A DNA stretch of 64,000 nt, from positions 4,281 through 68,280 of IMG/VR virus record IMGVR_UViG_3300033417_000006. The stretch is one strand, 5' to 3'. The translations under genes were made by a program, and so were the position numbers. Within the stretch, counting starts at the first letter, position 1. Each line of letters starts with the position of its first letter. Below are positions 54,601 to 63,600 of the stretch, in pieces. The notes below the pieces were generated by a model, which saw only the letters and a program-made list of their open reading frames with translations, was not told the origin of the DNA and made no database searches. This DNA comes from a virus (Duplodnaviria > Caudoviricetes).

Positions 54601-57600
54601 CGACATAGCCGAGATTCATGGCGGAGCCGAGCAAGGCGCGTTGGAGGCGTTATCAGATTACCAGGGTGGCCGGAAGCGGGTGATGATTGCGACCATCGAG
54701 AGTGCAGGCACCGGGATTAACGCCGATGACATCGTCGGAAACCTACCCCGGTCCATGATCGTCGTGACTGCACCGTTTGACGCCGTCAGCAACGTTCAAG
54801 CGGCGGGTCGTATCTGGAGGCTCAAGACGCTGAGCGGCTCGAATTATTTCTTTCTGTTCGGAGACACCTCCGTTGACGATTGGAACGCCGACATCATCGG
54901 ATCGAAGATGAAACAACTCGGTGCCATCGTTGAGGGCCAGATTAGAAAACTGGATATTTCGGACCCGGACCTTGACAGCACAGACGATTACCACGAAACG
55001 ATGCGAGGTCAGCCGGCTGGGCCGTCAACGGCGGTGGTGCTCGAAAAGTTTCCGCAGTTGGAATGGAAACCGTTCCAGACCAAAGGCGGCAGGCAGATGT
55101 TCGTTGCGTCTGCAACGCCTGCGTTCTGGAAGTGGTGGAACGCGAACGGCAAAAGGGATAATGCGCTCGGCGTCTCGGTAACTAAGTATAAAGAGCAATG
55201 GCAGGTATGGTCGGACAAACCTTTGATTGTCAGAGGCCAGTTGCGCGAGGAACAACCGCTTTTCGGAGCACCGGAGACCGTTGAGCAACAGAAAGCCAGG
55301 GAATTAGCTGAGCAAAAAAGGCGCGCTGAAGCCGAAGCCAAACGTAAACTGGAAGAGCGCGCGTCGAAAAAACTAACGGGCACAGCCGGAGACCTCGGTC
55401 AGAAAGACCTTTTCGGCGGCGAAACCGATCTTTGGGCCATGAAAGAGGCGAGTGGCGACCAACCAACGCTTGATGGCATAGCCCAAGATATTTATGGCAA
55501 AGACTATGATGATTTGACCCAGGACGAAAAAGGTGTTACGGATGTTACCTATGAAGCCGAACTCAGGGTATCCTCCAAAAAAGAAACCCGGCGAGAAGGG
55601 ATATACCCCGAGGCAGGTGAGCCGATTGTCGAGACCCGCCCCATACGACAAGCCCGCGCCCAAACCACTGCTGATCTTAGCCGAACCCACGAAGAACTGC
55701 TTGCGGATGCAGAGCAATTAAGCGCGGATGTTACGCGGCTTAAACATGAACTTTTTAACGCCAAAGGTCAGCCATACGAAAGCAGGCTTCAGGCGCAACT
55801 GGAATCTGCCCAGGCCAATTTGCTGGAAATAACCGGGGAATTGAATTCCCGAATGGACCGGTTGCGTGGAATACCACGCTGGGTCGAACTTCAAACAAAG
55901 AGCAAGCGCGGCAGCATAACATCCGCCGAAGAGCTTGAATTAACCGGCATCCGAGCGCAAGCAGATCGGGAAGCTCGATCCGAACGTGCGAGTGCCACAC
56001 AAGCGCAATTAGGTGAACCGCGAGCCATGTTTTACTCCCGGCTGACGCGAACAGTCGAGCAATCTCAACAGGGTCGGGCCACGGGCGCACAGTGGAAGGC
56101 CACGATCAAAGGCAGCAAACTCGGGGTAAGCCAAGGCGAAATGGATTTGGTTGGCATCGAGGATTTGGAGGACGGCAAGACCTACACGAAACAGGAAGTA
56201 CTGGATTATCTCAAGGCGAATGAAGTGGTGGTCAAGGATGTGACGCTGGGAAAAGAACCGGTAGCTTCGTTGCCACTCAGGCGGTTTATGTATCGAGAGG
56301 GCATTGAAAGCCCCACCACCACGGATGAGTGGCTGAACCTTTCAGGTAGGATTGAAGACAAGGCAAAGGCGTTGTCAATGCGAGGCGACGACAGGCAGGC
56401 GGCAGAGTTCTTTGAAATGGCAGAAGCCGCGAACAGGGCCGCCGAAGGACTTGATCCTGAAACCGGAAGCACGCAAGGCCAAACCCGCTTCTCCACCTAC
56501 CAGCTTCCCGGCGCGAAGAAGGGGAGTTATCGCGAAGCGCTGTTGACGGTGCCGGAAGATGCTGGTCTTTCGAAGATGACAGACGCGCAAATGCGGGATT
56601 TTTACCAGCAGGCATTTGGCGTCATGCCTACTGAGGCGATGGATACGGAGACCCTACGCAAAGACATCGAGAAGAAACTACGCTACCACGGAACAGATTT
56701 CGTTGAGCGCATGGGTGGAGTTAAGTCGCCGATGACGGTTTGGCGCGACGGCCACTCCCAATTCTCCGACATAGCCAATCCAATAGTCCGCCTCCGATTC
56801 AACGAACGCACAACCTCCGACGGTAAGCGGATGCTGTTCCTTGAAGAAATCCAACCCCCGCTAAAAGGCGAGTTCGAGAAGATGCCCGCGCTGTTCCAGA
56901 AGAACTGGCGGGAGATTGCGTTTAAGTATGCTTTGAAGTTAGCCGCATCGAGCAGCGAGAGCCTTGACCTTCAACGCCTCAGAAACCCAAAGAGCATTTG
57001 GGAACTTGGTGAGAATGTCTTTGGGCGAGAAATGGCATCGGCGATGCCGCTGGAGGTTGTGGATGGTGGAGTGCTGTCCGCTTTTCATCACGACCAAGTT
57101 CTCCAGGCGGTTGTCTCGAATCTTCCCGTTGACGTGGTGAACAACCTCACACGACTCAAGATTTCTCCCGATAGCCTGCTCCGCAATCCATCTATGGTCT
57201 TTGAGACACTTCCCGTCTCTGCTCGTAACTCGATAGCGCGAGGGGTTCTCGGTGCGATGCGCGAGGTTGGCGCACTCCTTGGAGCAAAACTGGCGAGTGG
57301 CCTCAATCGAGGGGTAGATGTGGAAATCCTTCCCGCACTGATGGCAAGCCATTTGGAGGTCAGAGAAGTTGTGGGAGCGCTTGCCCCTCAATCCCTTTAC
57401 CATGATTTCAATGCGCGTGGGGGCTTGGAAAATCGCCCTGCATCGCTTGGAACAAAACAACCCGCGCCCGTTTTTTATGTAACAGGAAGGGGCATAGAAA
57501 GGCTTCCGACAAACGGGGCAGAGTTTTTGAGCACCGTTCTTCCGGCAAGCGGTAGAGCAGAATCGGGCGTCGGCGCGACTAGGCCGAACGCTGAAGGTGG

Positions 57601-60600
57601 AGGAGCACGTCTCGCAGATGTTCTGGACTGGCATAACAAAATCCTACGCGAAACAGGCAACTCAAAGCAAGGAGATTTCACACCCGAAATTTCAGCACTT
57701 GGCTGGACCACGGGCGAGCAGCAGGCGGAGCGGTATGATTTGAGCAAGCAAGTTGACGCCATCAAGGTCAACGTCAGAACCGATGGCAACTTCAACATTG
57801 AAGTTAAGCCACCTGGAAATCTCGGATTCAGAGCCATCGCATCTGGTATAAAACCAGGCGAACTGGAGAACTATATCGGGAAGGATTTATCTCGGAAGGT
57901 TTTAGAAGGATTGGATTCGGCATCGGAATTTGTTTACGAAGGGGTTAGCCTCAAAGTCGGTGGTGAGGGCCTGACAAAACTCTACGATGTGGACTTTCGC
58001 AACGTCGTCAACAACCTGCCAGCGGTGAAGAAGTCGGGGCAGAAGGTCGGGACGGCGGAGATTCCAAAACCCTCTGGAAGGCAAATCTCCGAAGAGAATC
58101 AGTTAGGAAGGATGAAGGAAGGAAGCTGGGTCGTTCAAGAAGAAGGTGGACAGTTTCTCTATGGAACACCATCCGAAGCGCAAGCAACTGCATGGGCAGA
58201 ACGCCAAGGGCTTAAAAATTACAAAGTCTTGGAGAATGATAAATACGGAGAGACCGATTTAATCCACTCCCTCACCCTGACTCCGCAAATTCGCGAATCC
58301 GTCATGGGCGGGCAAGCACTGTTTCAGTTGCCAGCGGGTTCCAAAGGATTGGCCAGCACTCAACAACTCATAACGCAACAAATCAAGGCGAAGCGCGGCA
58401 TCATCGAGCAGGCGCCGGAGATCGCGGTTGGATTGGAAGACATTCTTGCCATGGTTGAAAGGAGCGATTTGCACTCCGCTGTCAAAGGTGTGCTGGTCAA
58501 CTTTCTGCGAAAACCATTTGCGAAGAAGCTGGATTTGAGCCGGTTGACCCTGGAACTCCGGGATTATTTGGATCACGGTTATTCCGGCGAGATCATTGGG
58601 AGCCTGATTCGAATTGGTCGAGACATGGTCACGCCAACAACGTTACCGCATGAGATCGACCATTTCTTATTCAATTTCCTGCCGCAAGAGAGCCGTGACA
58701 TCATCGAAGCCGAGCGACGCAGAAGGTTGGAGGCAAGGGCCAGGGAACTCGGGATTGACTTGAAAGATTTGCCCGTGGATTTGGTGGCGGGCATGATGGA
58801 GTCCGAACATTTTGCGGAAGCCCTTGCGGCTGGGGCGCTCCCTCGATCACTTTATCCATACATCAATGCCGCAGAGTTTTCGGCTTGGATTACCAGTGCC
58901 GAGGCGGAACTTGAATACGCGCAGCGCGGGGCGCTCCGTGACATCATAAACACCATCATGGATTGGTTACGAGGTTTGATGGATGGCTTGAGGCGAATGG
59001 CGGGTTTTACGCCGTCATTCGAGCAGGTGATGAGAGAAAAGCTCGCGGGCCGGTACATGAACAGTGCCGAGAGCGGATCGGCATTTGATAAGACCCGAAG
59101 GGCATCATTTGCCGAGGACCCCAAACATGCACAACGTTTGGTTGCACGAGCCAAAACAAGGGGCGAAGAGGCTGAGAAAGTCGAGCGTCAACTTATTGCA
59201 ACCCAGGTTGCGGCTCCGATTAAATTCATCGAAAAACATGGTCCCAAGGATAATCCCGTTGTCTCACGGATGTTGGGATTATTCGATATGCAGAACATCA
59301 TGGCGGCATCGGAAACAAGTGATGCCCCGGAATATCGGGAGTTAAGGGAGCAACTGAAAAACACCGCCTATTTTCACGTAGCGGCGTGGGAGGTCGGGGC
59401 GCGGTTTCATGTGCAGAAACAGCGATGGCAGGAAATCCTTGATGACAGGGATGTCTTGGAAAAAGAAATAGGGAGTCCTGGCTTCAAGGCAAAGCTGAAA
59501 CGGCTATCGGAAACTCAACTTGCCGAGGAAGCCATAACGGATGGGATAAAGCAATTCATGGCATCATCGTCGGCGGCGGTTCAAAAGGCGGTGACGAGAA
59601 TGAAGACGGAGGCATTGAGTGAAGCTGAATTGGAACGGTTGATGGCCGAGGTAAGAGACGGAGAATCAAGAAAAGAATACGAGGCTGCAATTCGCCAGGC
59701 CATCAAGGATATTATCAGGATTTTGCCTTCCGAAAAATTGTCGCAACTTTATGACATCGGCGAGCACCATGAGTTGGAGTCTGAATATAACCGGTTAAAA
59801 TCCGAGTTGTATGGCGTGGAAAAGACGACGCAACCCATGGACCCGAACATTGTCAGGTGGGCATTCGAGGCCATGCGGGTTGCTCCGAGAGAAACCCGGA
59901 AGATCGCGGTATCGAGGTTGATTCAAACCAGCCGTGAATTCTCGAAGGAACTCAGTGATTACGAAAAACAGGTTGTGACGGAAATGGAGGCATCGCCACG
60001 AAAAGCCGTGACGAAAATGTTGGAGAAACAACGGACATTAACCCGGAAACAACAGATGTTGCAACTTGCTTTCGAGGAGTTGCACAAGGACTTGCAGAAG
60101 AAGATCAGGGATTACGGGAACCATGTGAGCGCAGGCGCGGTTGTCGAGGCCATTTTTGTCGATGCAGACGTAAGAGCGTATGAAAACACGGTGAATGTTG
60201 ACGGTGGCATCGAGGCCCGCCCGATGGCGCGTGTTCAGGTAAATGGCGAATGGATCAACGTCAAGGATTTGCATTACGACGTGGTTTCCGGCAACCCGAT
60301 CTTCGTGAGGCCCAACGGACAATTATTGCAAGTGAACATAACCGGGGATGTGAAGCAATTCGCGGCGGAACGGGAGAAGCTGCGGGCATTGCTCCAGGAA
60401 TGGTATGATTGGAAAGATGTTCAGGACAAATTGGCTCCCGAGGTAAGGGACCCGCACTACCAGTTTTTTCTCAACACAATATCTGCGATCAATCATATCT
60501 ATCTCTCGACGCGCGTGAGCCAGCCCGCGAGCGCGGTGGCGCCTGCAAATATCCTGAGCAACCAACCATTGAGCGATTGGGATATGCCACGATTTTTGAT

Positions 60601-63600
60601 TGACGATCTTGCAAACAGGATTGGCGGCGCCGTGAAAGTTTTGGGCCAGAATTTCAACAGGGTTTTCCTGCATTTACGGGCGATTCTTGCCGATAACGTT
60701 TATAAACAGAAGAATTTAGCCCGCCGCGCGGTGAACAGTTTGGGTCTAAAAAAGGGCAGGTCATGGGGAGAAGCTTACATGGTGATGTATGACAAGGTTC
60801 TGAAACCATTGGCGGCGATGGCGCAAAGACCGGAGGCTCGATTCGAGGTCGGTTACGAAATTGTCGATGGTTACAAGGTGACACCTGAACTCCTGCAATA
60901 TCTGGAATGGCAATCCAAGATTGCGGCGCAAGCCTTCAATGCCGTGCAAGAATTGGTGCCTGGAGAGCGACCGGGCCTGGCTTTTACCCCGGTGATCGAG
61001 GACGCCGTTCTGGGATATTCTTTCTTCGGAAAATCAATTCCTGTGAGTCGTTACACACTGCCGTTTGGCGGGTATAGCAATGATGCTCTTGCCTTTGGCC
61101 GGGCCTATGCCCAGGCGAAACTGGAAGGTGACAGGGGCAAACAGATGCAATTGCTCAAGAACAACTGGGAATTGTTGGCATCGTATATTGTTGATCGGGC
61201 GAGCATGGCCCGGGTGGTATCTGAATTTGAACCCGCCTATGAATTGTTGGCGGAAAAGATAAGGGCAGGGACCATCGAGGAGAAAAGCTTTGATTGGGTT
61301 GCGAGCCGGATAGCCGAAATCATGCCGGCTGAAACCGAGGCGGAAATAAGCGAGGAAGAACATCTTGAAAACATCGGGGAAAAACTGGTGTCGGAATTGG
61401 ATAACCTCGTTAATTTCTTCAACAAAATTGAGGGAGAGAAATCCGCAACGGTCCATATCAAGACGCCGGACAAAAAGAATTCATTTACGGCGCGTCGCCA
61501 TGACCAGACCTTGCCCTATTACTTCTTGGATTATGGCTGGCGAACATCCGGCAATTTCCTGAACTTCATGTACAACGGCCATACCCATGCCTACGAGCGA
61601 TTCGCGCATGGCCTTGAAGCCGTGCTGAAAGATTTGCAACGGCAACAATCCGAGTTGACGACGAAGTATAAGGAAAGAGCGGAGAGACTCGGCATAACGG
61701 AGGAACGATCGAGGAAAGAGCTTGTGAATGAAAACAAACTCGCTTTTCTCAACGGCCAGACCTTTGACCAGTATTGGGGTTTGGAGAAACGCATTCGGCA
61801 ACTTAAGAAAGCGATTCAGAACACCATGGAAGTTTGGGCCGGCGGTAACGACGCCGAGATGGACATCAGGGCTTACATGCGATTTCAGCGCAGCGTGATT
61901 GGCGGAATTCTGAGCGGGCCGGCGACGCTTATACGAAACGGCGGGGGATTAGCTTACCTTGGGAATGTTTTGGCGAGGACCATGAGGAGCGGCGTTGAGG
62001 CCGGTGGGGTGGCGGCATGGAATATCATTTGGAACGGCATGTTCAAGTATGTGCCATCGGCGGCTTTGGGCGTGGCGAAGATCGGGGTTAAGCTGCCGGG
62101 ATCGGCCTATACATTTCTGAAAACATTGGCAACGACCAGGGACGTTCAGATGTCCGTGGTGAAAGCTGTTTCACCCTTGATCCAAGAATTGTCGAAGAAT
62201 GTTTATAGCAGGATCGAGGATTACAGGACCATGGAAGAAAATCGGTTGATGATGCCAATTGATAGCGTCAATGAATTCGAGGCGAAAATATTCGATTTAG
62301 CCAATGCCGGCCTCATTATCGAGCGACGCCGGGGCCTCATGGAAACCACGGCGCTATCGTTGCTAGGTTTCTTCGACGACTTCGTTCTGACGGCGCTGAC
62401 AAAACCTGTGTTGCCAAGGCTCGGCGATGCCAGCATTAACAGCGCTGCTCTAGCCTCTGGGTCGACGGTGTTGAATCGAATCGAGAAACGGTTGCGGGTG
62501 CTCTTCGAGCAATGGAAGAAAAGCGGGGCCATCGAGACGAGATTTAATTTTACCGACAGGAACGATCCAAGGAACGTGTTTGCCGGGCAGGAAATATTTC
62601 CAGGAAAAGTTGAGACGTTATCAAGACAAAAGATGGCTTTGTTGGAGCAGTATTTCGATTGGACAGGCAAGACTTTCCACGAGGCCGCCTATGATTTCAT
62701 CAAGGCATTGCATGAGGGGCGCGAGGCTGAATTCATGGATAAACACGCAAGACTTCAGTTTGCGGAACAAATCGAGCAAGAGATCAATGTCGCCGGGCCG
62801 TTAAACCGGCCGCAATGGACTCAAAAGGCGGGTTTCTTCAATCAGATCATGGCGCCTCTCATGGGCTGGAATGTTCATGCTTTACGAACATTTCCGAAAG
62901 TGTTGTCTCGACCCGGTGTGAATCCGCATACCAGCCGATTGGTGATGTGGATCACCATTGCCACCATGGTATTGCCAGTGGTTATAGCCTTGAACCTGGC
63001 TCAAGACACAGGTCTCGAAGAATTGATCCGGTTATTCAGCAAACACGGATTAGGAATCGAAAGGCCGACGCGCCAACCATGGGAACGAGAGGGAACCCGG
63101 AGCCAAGCCATCGCCACCTTGATTGCCGCCGTAAATCCCGTGCCGTACCTGGCAACGGTAGTCAACACGGCTCTGAACGATATGCCCAACAGGGCGAGCT
63201 ATGACATCAATCCGGTGATGATAAGCAAACTCAATGACGTGGTGACTTATATGGGGGGTGTGGTCAATACCGGGGACCCCTTGTATGGATTGAATTATCT
63301 CGTGAAAGGGTTCCTGCCGGTATCAGAGGCTTTTCTGAACAGGATACCGTGGTTACGGGGAACTGCAGAGGCCCTGAGCGCGCGGCGCCTCATGACGAGA
63401 TTCGGACCGCAGGACCTTCTGAGGGAAAAGGTTGGGGGCGGCGGCATGTCGCGATTGGCGACACCGTTGACACCTTATGCCGATCGAATGCTGAACGCTG
63501 CCATGCAAGAGGATTGGCCGGAATTCAACGCGCAGTATGCCGAGGCGGTCGAAGTCGCCCGGGAATTGGGCCGTGACGAGCCGGAGGAGACGGTACAGGA

